Shown in pieces: positions 7,301-14,976 of a stretch of DNA of 28,054 nucleotides (the stretch's first letter is position 1; each line of letters starts with the position of its first letter). A program made the position numbers and the translations under genes. The stretch lies in IMG/VR virus record IMGVR_UViG_3300008266_001258, positions 1-28,054 of that record, one strand, 5' to 3'. The notes below the pieces were generated by a model. The model saw nothing but the letters and a program-made list of their open reading frames with translations, searched no databases and had not been told where the DNA came from. This DNA comes from a virus. Taxonomy: Duplodnaviria > Caudoviricetes.

Positions 7301-9837
7301 GCACTTCCGGTCAGAACGTTCGATCCGTCGCCGAATCCGATTCGCGTAGCCGTCAGGCTGACCGATGCCGCATCGATGCGCCGCTCTGTCACTCCATCGG
7401 ACACCCAGTAAAGACCAGTCTGACCTCCGGCATCCTTTGCAAAGAGAAAGCCCGTATTGGCCGGGGCCGTCACCGGCGATGACTGCTCTTCCATCGCCAG
7501 ATGCCCGGACAGCTTCTGATACCCGGCGTGAGTCATTGCGTAGTTCTGACTGCCAGTGATCCGGCTTCCCGAGATGCCCGGAATGGTCGCCGATGCCGCG
7601 CCGTTCGTATCGTAGAAGGTCGAGAACTCACGATGGCCAAGCTGGATAAACGGCATCCCGTCTGAGTGCACGGCCTGACCGTTCGTGTACGATGCCCCCA
7701 TCGTCTGCACACCGGAGAGCGCGTCAAAGATACCAGCCTGATCCGTTGTCACATAGTCAAATTTGATCGGCGTGACGGTTCCACTTGTCGGCGCGATGAC
7801 CTGGGTCGAGAAGAAGTTCGCATAACTCCCCGCCTTGCATCTGATCCCGTAATCGGTGAATGCTTCGACGTTGCATCCGATCAGATTGACCCGGCAGTAA
7901 TTGTCCGTGCCGTCCTCAGCTGTGTTATTACCAAAGAGTCCCCAGGTCGCCGGATTGCCACCGTCGATACCGTTGCATCCGATCATCGTGACAGATCCGG
8001 ATCTCACTCGATATGCCGCCTTGTTGTCGGCGACGTTGTGGACGTAGCATCGAATGAGCGTGGTATCGTTGCTGCCCCATAGGTCGATACCGTGACCCAG
8101 GGCGGTGGACTGCTGATCTACGTCGAGGGCCTCGAGTAGGATCGTAAAAGCCGCATTCGCGCCTGACTCGGTCTTGACCGCCGACCCGCCAACATCGTTG
8201 AACCGGAGATTGCGAAGCGTGAGATTGAAGACGCCATTGCCGCCAGTGTCGCGGACTCTGATGCCGTGATTCAACGCTCCGGTCGATGTGCCAACAAAGC
8301 CGAAGTTTTCGATCGTGACAGTGTGACTAGTCGCGGTCGTCGTGTCGATGACGATGATCGGCTCAGGATGGATCGAATGAAATGTCGTTCGCCCTGGCCC
8401 GTCGCCTTTCAGGATGACGCGATTCTTGGAATCGAAGACCAAAGGCGATGCCCAGTAATCACCGGCGGGAACGTATAGCGGCTTGCCAGCCGTGTAAGCA
8501 TCGTCGAACGCTTCGAGGATTGCGGCCGTATCGTCGTGATAAACGGTCTGAGACGTGACGCTGGTTCCGGCGGCGTTGGCAAGCGTGAACGTCGATCCGC
8601 TGATTGCGCTAACCGTCGTCACGAGATCCACAAAGGGAGTGACCGTCGCGCCGTTTGTATGACTCGCCGGTGATGTGCCATTGTAGGCCCGGATGACGTT
8701 CTGTAGCTGAGTCGATGTCTTGCCGTGGTAATAGACGATCTCATTATTGATCTTTGCCATCCCCGATGCGGCAAAGTTGGTCGTGCTGGCAAGAGTGATC
8801 GTCGTAACGCTCGAGTTGATCGAGCCGTTCAAGGTCGAGGTCCCGGCGACCGTTCCAGCGCCGATGACTCTGATTCCGTGGCCGACCTTCCATCCAGTCG
8901 CACTGGCAACGGTCAGCGACGATGAGCCGCTCGAGATCGTGCCGGTCGTCAGTGTGAGGTCGGCCGCGACTCGGTATTTCGGCGATGCCGCATTCACCCA
9001 GTCCGGAGTGATAGAAGTGACAACCGTTCGATCATTAGCGGAATCGTCGGTGACGGCGAACGAATCATCGAAGGCCGTGATCATCCTCTGTTGCGTGTAG
9101 TCACTGCCAATCTGGACGAGCTGATATGTCGCTGGCGATCCGAGACCGCTGACCCGGCCGATGCTGGCCGCTGAATCACGTGCCGGGAATCCTCCGAATC
9201 GATGCTGGTTGCTTCGACCACTACACCCGCCTGAATCCGTGTAGAGCTTGTTACACGTGGTCAGACCACCGCTATACCCGCATTCGGTCCCCTTGAAGAC
9301 CCAAGGACACTTCGACCCGACTCGGCGATTGGAGAGCGTCGGAGCAAGGTTTACATCGGTCGCAACGTCAAGCTCGAGGTACTCTTCCGTGTACCTGGCC
9401 CCGGTGACGGTGCCAAACAGGAAGATCAGATCCGTCTCGACGGGCGATGCGCTGACCTCGCCGATCAGGATCTTTCGGATCGTCACCTTCGATCCGATGA
9501 ACATATCCGATCCGGATGCTTCCGTCCGGCCGGCTGATGTCACGTAGTCAATTGCGAAATCGTCGCGGAATCCGAGATCCCCGTTCTGGAGACGGATCGT
9601 CACTCGGCCCTGACCATTGCCGAGTTGACTCACGATCGAGCCGACCGACTTCAATCTTGGGACATAGACATCAGGCGATATTAGGCGATAGGTCGTCTCC
9701 TGAGTGGCATAGTAAAACGTATCATACGTCCCACCGCCGGCAGGGCGCTCGATTGTGACCGCTTCAATGACCTCCGGCATCTGCCCCTGATCACTGCTGA
9801 GAGTCACCCAGTTTGTAAAAGCCCCTGTTCTCGCCAT
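4345..9837 (-). CDS. 1830-aa multidomain tail protein: gpL-like hub, beta-helix tailspike and fibre/receptor-binding domains
   Basis: The N-terminal ~220 aa end in CPWVFKGTECGY..TTCNK....GGC....NQHRFGGFP (gpL-type 4-Cys motif). DDTAAI...LYVPAGDY...ILKGDG marks a pectate-lyase-like beta-helix. Fibre joint repeats (TLP..G..GQ.LTTDG.GVLSWTT) and a variable C-terminus follow. Confidence 0.85.
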   Translation of the reverse strand: MARTGAFTNWVTLSSDQGQMPEVIEAVTIERPAGGGTYDTFYYATQETTYRLISPDVYVPRLKSVGSIVSQLGNGQGRVTIRLQNGDLGFRDDFAIDYVTSAGRTEASGSDMFIGSKVTIRKILIGEVSASPVETDLIFLFGTVTGARYTEEYLELDVATDVNLAPTLSNRRVGSKCPWVFKGTECGYSGGLTTCNKLYTDSGGCSGRSNQHRFGGFPARDSAASIGRVSGLGSPATYQLVQIGSDYTQQRMITAFDDSFAVTDDSANDRTVVTSITPDWVNAASPKYRVAADLTLTTGTISSGSSSLTVASATGWKVGHGIRVIGAGTVAGTSTLNGSINSSVTTITLASTTNFAASGMAKINNEIVYYHGKTSTQLQNVIRAYNGTSPASHTNGATVTPFVDLVTTVSAISGSTFTLANAAGTSVTSQTVYHDDTAAILEAFDDAYTAGKPLYVPAGDYWASPLVFDSKNRVILKGDGPGRTTFHSIHPEPIIVIDTTTATSHTVTIENFGFVGTSTGALNHGIRVRDTGGNGVFNLTLRNLRFNDVGGSAVKTESGANAAFTILLEALDVDQQSTALGHGIDLWGSNDTTLIRCYVHNVADNKAAYRVRSGSVTMIGCNGIDGGNPATWGLFGNNTAEDGTDNYCRVNLIGCNVEAFTDYGIRCKAGSYANFFSTQVIAPTSGTVTPIKFDYVTTDQAGIFDALSGVQTMGASYTNGQAVHSDGMPFIQLGHREFSTFYDTNGAASATIPGISGSRITGSQNYAMTHAGYQKLSGHLAMEEQSSPVTAPANTGFLFAKDAGGQTGLYWVSDGVTERRIDAASVSLTATRIGFGDGSNVLTGSANFTWDDGAKALTVSKAGANPAIYVTDTTNSVTARMGTIAGLSPDQAIVGSQTNHPFVIYQNNTAAWGVNTDKHWRPYDGNNTQDIGTTAVKPRTLYLGTSLDLGNSASLTGELILRNATNSNTTTIKAGAAGANLVFTLPTDDGTNGQALTTDGNGVLSWTTITGGGGGTVTSVGLSLPSIFTVSGSPVTSSGTLTGTLATQVKNSIFAGPSAGVDAAPTFRSLVDDDIPNVLTVSKISNLTSNGFVKTSAGDGTLSVDTNTYLTANQTITLSGDVTGSGSTSITTAIAAGVIVDADINASAAISISKLAASAITIAGTSTSLGGSISRDTITGLSTTGVVKRTGANTLTAASVVNADIDAAAAIAVSKLAASTISGVTLGSNLNTLTIGTGLSGSSYNGSAAVTIAIDSTVATLSGSQTLSNKTLNSAILTGTLTAGGGVGTNGQFLQSTATGVQWATVSAAPGGSNTQVQFNDGGVFGGDAGLVFDKTNHNLTVGATGTANQLRLVETGGGTDYVALRAPSAVTTSINLTLPGTTGSANQVLTTDGSGVLSWTTPSSGGRTTLTANRTYYVGFDLGTCTISNASPGVVTTTTNHNLQAGDPVILSTTGTLPTPLIAGAVYYVVTVLSATTFTVSLTPSGAAVNTTSAGSPTHRVRTGNDTNDGLTSSRTGAFLTAQKAIDTVASIDMSAYSVTIQLARGRYAEGLILKSYTGAGPVTIAGGTSTATDTVIQPYHSAATTAVTTSGGNTINSTGHGLVNGTPVYFFNLSPPNMPAGIEMYRMYYVINSAANTFQISQTVNGTAHTWTTAGSGMFVGTSVALLDNVVGLWFFNTVSFGTVPNITGLDVISSRLNLRDCYWGGAGGGLYGIWVKNASVVNILNSFTVAANHRFWTACSDAAVFSIRNTTGTFVGTPTMQNAAGTPGAFITADRVSSVIGDQYTTASGSFIGQAYTINWNSALRIGTSTYPGTIAGQPSNGGVVST

Positions 9838-9840
9838 CTG

Positions 9841-12800
9841 CTACAACTCCCTATTCAATCGAGCCCTCTTGAGGGTCGCCAGGACTGCACGCTGGCCAAC
9901 GCTGGTATTCTGAGCCGATGCCACGATCCTCGATGCATCATCCTTTCCGACAACGAGATTGACCACAAGTTCGATCGGAGCAGACTCTTGTGGCGCCGTT
10001 CGCGTCGGGGTGAACGCTGGCATTATACCACCCAGAGCGAAGGCCGGCAGGCCTGCCGAGATGCCCGGTCCCTGCGGTACGCCAACTGCCCGGAAGATCC
10101 CCGGCCCGGCGATCGATTGGATCGCTGACTGCTGATTGCGAGTCAGTACCATCTCGCCCGGTCGAACCATCGCCATCACGGAATCATATCCGCGATCTGT
10201 GCCCGGCACGATACCACCCGTAGCGAACTCTGGGACGAGTCGAGACTGGATATCGTTGACCTTCGCGCCGGTCTTCGCGGCCGGAACGACGGTCGATTCG
10301 AAGAGGTTCCGGAGGTCCCTGACCTGGTTGGTCAGACGCGACTCGCGGACGCTCTTGGTCTTAAGCGTCTGGATCTGTGAAACGAACGTCGCCAGGATCT
10401 GAGTTTCGAAGATCTGCCGGGCCTGCTCGAGTGTGACACTGCCGGAGCGCGTCTGATCTCGAAGCTGGCTGATCTGGTTGATAGCATCCTGAAGCCAAAC
10501 GCCTGACTGTTCTTCATCGGAACGGCGCTGCCGGGAACGGCCGAGGAGGAATGAGCCGGCCAGCAGCGCCCCGCCGACCACCGCAGTGATCGGATTCGAG
10601 AAGAGTGGAGCAAGGAAGCCAAGGCCCGAGAGAGCCCCGCCTGCCGCTAATGCCGCAGGGGCCGCGGTGATACCGATGCCAAGCGCCGCGCCTCCTATAC
10701 CACCCAAGACCTGACCAAGTCTGGATTGTCCACCAAGTCCCGCGCCAAGCTGCACGCCGAGCAATGGAGCGATCCCAGCCAGCGCGCCACCTGATCCGGC
10801 AGCGCGACCGAAGCCGAACCCCCGGAAGAGTCCGGATAGTCCCGCGAATGCGCCGACGGTCGCCGATCGGCCGAAGATGCCAGCCGCACCCGCTGCGCCG
10901 ATTCCGGCCGTATTGGCGATCGGCAATCCGCCAGCGATCCCGATCGGAGATGCCGCGCCACCGAAGCCGCCTCCAATGATCGGAAATCCGCCACCGAAGC
11001 CGGGAGTCAGGAATCCGCCGCCACCGCCGAAGATTGACCCAAGACCGCCGGAAATGACGCCGCCTATACCACCGCCAGCCCCGCCAACTGAAACGCCAGC
11101 CACGCCCCGCCCAGCGCCACCAATCGCCCCGGTAATACTCCCAAAAAGCTGACCGAAGACACGTTGAAGGCCCAGTCCGAGAAGGTCGCGGAAGAACGTG
11201 GTGAATGACTGCTTGAGGTTGTCGAGGAGTCCCTTGACGTTGCCGAAGCTCCGAGAAAGATTCTGACCAAGGCGCTCGAATGCGTCGCCCGTGCTTTCGA
11301 CCTCGCTGTTGAATCCGCGCATAAAGCGCTGAGCCGCTGTCAGCTCTACGCCCAGGTTGCGAATCGATGCGATCTCGAGCTCGATCTCTGCCCTTCGTTG
11401 TGGCGTGATCTCTGACATCGCCTGTTCGGCCTCGAGCATCGCAATGCGAATATCACGCTCCTGTCTAAGAAGCGCGTTGATCTGTTGCCGGGCTTCGGCC
11501 TGAGTCAGTGCGCCCAGGTCGAGTTGATTCTCGATCTCGAGCTGTTGCCGCCGGATGTTGACGAGTTCGACCGACTGAGCAATTTGGATCTCACGTTCGC
11601 GATTGATGCGATCTCGAGCCGCTTGGACTCGCGGGTCGACTAGCTCGACGACCTGCTCTTGTGGCGTCTTGGTCGGGTCGAACGCCGGGAGATTCCGGGC
11701 CTCACGGATGCCAGCTTGCAAGCGCTGGAGATCCTCGAGCTGCTGCTTTGCGTTCGTGAAGTCCGCGCCGACCGGCAAGGACAACTCGCGGCGAAGGTCC
11801 ACCAGATCCTGAAGGACCTTCCGCTTCTTCTCGGCTTCATCGATCTGAACGAGGATCTGGAACTCTTTCGACGATGCGCGATCGAAGATGGCCAGCTCTC
11901 GATTCAGCTCAGCGAGTCGGGACTGGTATTGCTGGAGGAGGGTGATTTGCTTCGATGCTTCTGCCCTGGCCGCTTCTGGTCTGGCTCCGGTCCCGCTGGC
12001 TGGCGTTGGCGTGGTCGGTAGTCCGGTCAGCAGATTGACGCCACGAGTGGACAATGGTCCGCCACGCTGCGCCGCTTCTCGCTGACCAGCGATGACCGAC
12101 TGAGTGTCGATAAACCGACCGCCGCGCCTTGTTACCGGCTGACCGTCAAGGCCCGTGAAGATGCCTTGCGACTCCTGCACCTTGCGAAGCGAAAGATCAA
12201 TCTGATCGGTCGCTGATTGGACAGCCGTTCGATACTGATACCATCCGATAGCTCCGGCTGCGAGAATGCCGCCAATGCCGAGGATGACCGGATTGAGACT
12301 GGTCAAAGCGATGGTGAGACTTGCCGGACCGGTGAGCAGTGCGATCACGCTTGTCAGCAAGGAAAGCATTGAACTCAGACCAGTCAGTACCGGGCCGAAT
12401 GCCGCCGCGAACAGACCGAAGACCACGATGGTCTCCTGCACCCCCGGAGGCAATGCCGCGAACTTGTCGAGTAGCTCAATCAGCTTCGGGATGAGCCGAT
12501 CAAGGACAGGCTGTAATGTGCGAAGGAGCGATTCACCCAGCGGGGCCAGTGCGGTCAGAATCTGATCCTTGGTCTTGGCGAACCGACCAGCGATCGACTC
12601 TTGCACGTTGGCGAAGCGTGGATCTGTCGCAATGGCCGTAGCGAGTCCGTCAACGTATGCCGCCATCGTCAGCTTCCCGGATTCCTTTAACTGCCGGAGC
12701 TTGTTGGCGTCCTTGGTCCCGAATGCCTGCTCGAGCAGCTGTTCAAAGATCGGCACCTGACCGAGGGCCTCTTTAACGTCTGATCGCTCGAATCCTTGGG

Positions 12801-13275
12801 TAAAGATCTGCTGGATGTTCCGGGCGAATCCTTCCACGTCTGGAATCGTGAAGACCGCATTCAGCCGCCCGATGGATTTGATGATGTTATTGATTGACTG
12901 GTCGGTGACGGTGCCGAGCGCCTTGAACTGGCTGAAAAGCGTCGTGGCGAATCGCGTCGTAACACCTGGCGTCTCTTGTGCGATCCGTCGGAACTCCTCG
13001 AGCTTCTTATTCGCGGCATCGACTGACCCGGTGAGTGCGGCCAGTGTCTGACGGGACTTGTCGATATCGGCCGCAGCCTTTAGAGCCGTCGCCCCTAGCC
13101 CGGCCAGTGGGAGACTCACCTTCAAGGACAACTGCTGGCCTACGTTGGAGAATGCCTGTTGGATCGACTGGAGAGAGCTGGTCAGCCCTCGAGAGAAGGC
13201 ATCGCCAGCACTCCGACCGGCCGCGCCAGCTTGCGGCACAATCCCATCAAGGGCGGAGCGTATGGCGGTCGCCAA
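9841..13275 (-). CDS. Tape measure protein (true 5' end uncertain; frame is open up to 13344)
   Basis: 1144-aa Ala/Gly/Leu-rich helical protein directly after the chaperone genes. It has VSLPLAGLGATALKAAAD, coiled-coil and Gly-rich hydrophobic segments, and FATGGIVPG..D...AMVRPGEMVL near the C-terminus. Confidence 0.9.
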   Translation of the reverse strand: MATAIRSALDGIVPQAGAAGRSAGDAFSRGLTSSLQSIQQAFSNVGQQLSLKVSLPLAGLGATALKAAADIDKSRQTLAALTGSVDAANKKLEEFRRIAQETPGVTTRFATTLFSQFKALGTVTDQSINNIIKSIGRLNAVFTIPDVEGFARNIQQIFTQGFERSDVKEALGQVPIFEQLLEQAFGTKDANKLRQLKESGKLTMAAYVDGLATAIATDPRFANVQESIAGRFAKTKDQILTALAPLGESLLRTLQPVLDRLIPKLIELLDKFAALPPGVQETIVVFGLFAAAFGPVLTGLSSMLSLLTSVIALLTGPASLTIALTSLNPVILGIGGILAAGAIGWYQYRTAVQSATDQIDLSLRKVQESQGIFTGLDGQPVTRRGGRFIDTQSVIAGQREAAQRGGPLSTRGVNLLTGLPTTPTPASGTGARPEAARAEASKQITLLQQYQSRLAELNRELAIFDRASSKEFQILVQIDEAEKKRKVLQDLVDLRRELSLPVGADFTNAKQQLEDLQRLQAGIREARNLPAFDPTKTPQEQVVELVDPRVQAARDRINREREIQIAQSVELVNIRRQQLEIENQLDLGALTQAEARQQINALLRQERDIRIAMLEAEQAMSEITPQRRAEIELEIASIRNLGVELTAAQRFMRGFNSEVESTGDAFERLGQNLSRSFGNVKGLLDNLKQSFTTFFRDLLGLGLQRVFGQLFGSITGAIGGAGRGVAGVSVGGAGGGIGGVISGGLGSIFGGGGGFLTPGFGGGFPIIGGGFGGAASPIGIAGGLPIANTAGIGAAGAAGIFGRSATVGAFAGLSGLFRGFGFGRAAGSGGALAGIAPLLGVQLGAGLGGQSRLGQVLGGIGGAALGIGITAAPAALAAGGALSGLGFLAPLFSNPITAVVGGALLAGSFLLGRSRQRRSDEEQSGVWLQDAINQISQLRDQTRSGSVTLEQARQIFETQILATFVSQIQTLKTKSVRESRLTNQVRDLRNLFESTVVPAAKTGAKVNDIQSRLVPEFATGGIVPGTDRGYDSVMAMVRPGEMVLTRNQQSAIQSIAGPGIFRAVGVPQGPGISAGLPAFALGGIMPAFTPTRTAPQESAPIELVVNLVVGKDDASRIVASAQNTSVGQRAVLATLKRARLNREL

Positions 13276-13712
13276 CTGTTGCGCGGATCGTTGCGCGTCT
13301 CCCGTATCCAGACCAACTTCATTCGAGCCTGTAATGCCGCCTGTTCACTCTGCTGCTGCTGCTTGCGCTGTTCCCGTTCCTGATCCTTCTGGCGTGCCCG
13401 TTCCAGTGAACGGATGCACGACCATTGATAGGCGGTCAGGCTGTCGGGATAGGCAAAGGTCCCGCCGCACGCCTTGATCTCATCCAGAGAGATCGCTTCC
13501 GCGATTGCGTCCGCCAGTCGACGAGGCTGCTGGCCCGGCTTCGTCTCCTTCTTGGCGCATCCGCCACAAATCTCTTCAACCGGCGCGTCAGGATACTTTG
13601 CCAATGGTCCGATGACCTGACAGACATCTTCACCCGGACAGGGCTGACTTCCAACTTTTCGCGATGCCTGTATCTGTCCATCGAACCATTCCTCCAGCGC
13701 GTTCGTCAGTCC
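13182..13712 (-). CDS. Tail assembly chaperone 'T' part, probably translated as a G-T fusion by -1 frameshift
   Basis: The ORF overlaps the G stop in the -1 frame and has no convincing start or SD. It is Cys-rich (CPGEDVC, CGGC) with a basic/Gln helical end and lies between G and the tape measure gene. Confidence 0.65.
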   Translation of the reverse strand, partial: GLTNALEEWFDGQIQASRKVGSQPCPGEDVCQVIGPLAKYPDAPVEEICGGCAKKETKPGQQPRRLADAIAEAISLDEIKACGGTFAYPDSLTAYQWSCIRSLERARQKDQEREQRKQQQQSEQAALQARMKLVWIRETRNDPRNSWRPPYAPPLMGLCRKLARPVGVLAMPSLEG

Positions 13713-14452
13713 AAGAGTGATGCCTCGAGCGCATTCATCAGGGTCTGAATGATGATCCGCTTCCACGTCGGATCAATCGCCGCGATGAATGCCCCCCGCT
13801 CCAACTGCGAGAATGGCTTGTCTTTCACCGTGCCGCCTTCGATATCCGTGACGAGAAGATCATACATCTCGACGTATGCCTTGAGATCAGCGCCGATCTT
13901 CGTTCGCGGTCGTTTGGCGCCACGGATGAAGCTGACCTTCGATGCCGTCCGTTTGAACTTGGCTCGTTCGGATTCTGTCGGCTCACGAAGGATGTGATCG
14001 ATCGTGTACAGTGGCTTGTCTTGGTCCGGGCCGACAAGCTGACGGATCGTCCAGCTATTCGCCCCCAGGCTGACCTCATCATCGTCGCCGACAACCTGAG
14101 CCGATCCGGCGTACATCGCCAAGACGGCCGTCTTCTTGTGCCCGGCTCTCATCGTCAACTTCTCGCCTTCGGTCAGTGCGCGAAAGTCCGGGATGCCCTT
14201 GTAGCCCTTCACCTGGAGAATGATCTTATCCCAGAGTGAACAGGTCGCCTGCTCGTCGTCTGTGACGATCCGCTCCTCCCGATTGTTCTCTTCGACGATC
14301 TCGAGGTTGATGGCCTTCTCGCGGTCGAGTAGTTCGACCAGCGTTGGCTTGCGAAGGCGATGGGTGACTATGACTGGATTCTCTCCGCCCGGACGGGCGT
14401 TGATCTGGACATCGACGCTTGGCGCGTCAAATGGATATGCGTTGTCGTTCAA
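13706..14452 (-). CDS. Tail assembly chaperone G (248 aa, apparently two similar halves)
   Basis: TTG start after AGGA. It lies between the tail tube and tape measure genes. Internal similarity: HRLRKPTLVE / HILREPTESE and LWDKIILQVKG / MYDLLVTDIEG. Confidence 0.7.
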   Translation of the reverse strand: MNDNAYPFDAPSVDVQINARPGGENPVIVTHRLRKPTLVELLDREKAINLEIVEENNREERIVTDDEQATCSLWDKIILQVKGYKGIPDFRALTEGEKLTMRAGHKKTAVLAMYAGSAQVVGDDDEVSLGANSWTIRQLVGPDQDKPLYTIDHILREPTESERAKFKRTASKVSFIRGAKRPRTKIGADLKAYVEMYDLLVTDIEGGTVKDKPFSQLERGAFIAAIDPTWKRIIIQTLMNALEASLLD

Positions 14453-14461
14453 TGGTTCCTC

Positions 14462-14692
14462 CTACCATTTGTCGATCGGACACCTGAGACGGCCGATCCT
14501 CGTCTTTGTGCGGACATCTGAGCCAAACCATTGCGGACATCCGCACTCGCCGCAATAGTAGCCCGTTCGCGTTTCAATAATCGACGGGCAGGACTGACAG
14601 ATCGCCAGTCGTCCGCGCTGGATGTGTGTGGCTGATTCACCGTAGCGGACCAGCCACCACATAGCACGGAGAAAGGATATCAGGCGCAACAC
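14462..14692 (-). CDS. Small Cys-rich putative metal-binding protein
   Basis: R..IC..CP...C..CGC....K......CP..KW pattern, common in phage small proteins. GTG start overlaps the upstream gene. Confidence 0.7.
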   Translation of the reverse strand: MLRLISFLRAMWWLVRYGESATHIQRGRLAICQSCPSIIETRTGYYCGECGCPQWFGSDVRTKTRIGRLRCPIDKW

Positions 14693-14976
14693 GGCCGGGG
14701 CCCTTCGACCTTGCCAAGCTCTCCGCCGATGATCTCCTCGATCTCACGGCGACTCATCTTTTTGCCTTCCGGCAGTAGCGTGGCATCGCCCCGAATCAGG
14801 GCCGATCGTCTCACCCGGTAATAGGCGGACTTCGTTGGCCCATCCATCACCTCGACGCCGACCGTGAAGTCGAAGATGTCGCCAGTCGTGATCGGTTCAC
14901 TCGTCGAGGAGACCGTGGCCGACGGGGTCGCCGTCGGCTCTACAGTCGCATCCGTCTTGATCGGATCTTTAGGCAT
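14680..14976 (-). CDS. Hypothetical protein
   Basis: ATG at 14976 overlaps the tail tube stop, with AGGAG upstream. Thr/Ser/Pro-rich N-terminus, ends PRPCCA. Confidence 0.65.
   Translation of the reverse strand: MPKDPIKTDATVEPTATPSATVSSTSEPITTGDIFDFTVGVEVMDGPTKSAYYRVRRSALIRGDATLLPEGKKMSRREIEEIIGGELGKVEGPRPCCA

Noticed and set aside
10560-11140. Gly-rich repetitive DNA (ccgccg/ccgaagccg) in the tape measure gene
   Set aside because: Explained by the low-complexity Gly/Ala hydrophobic segment common in tape measure proteins.
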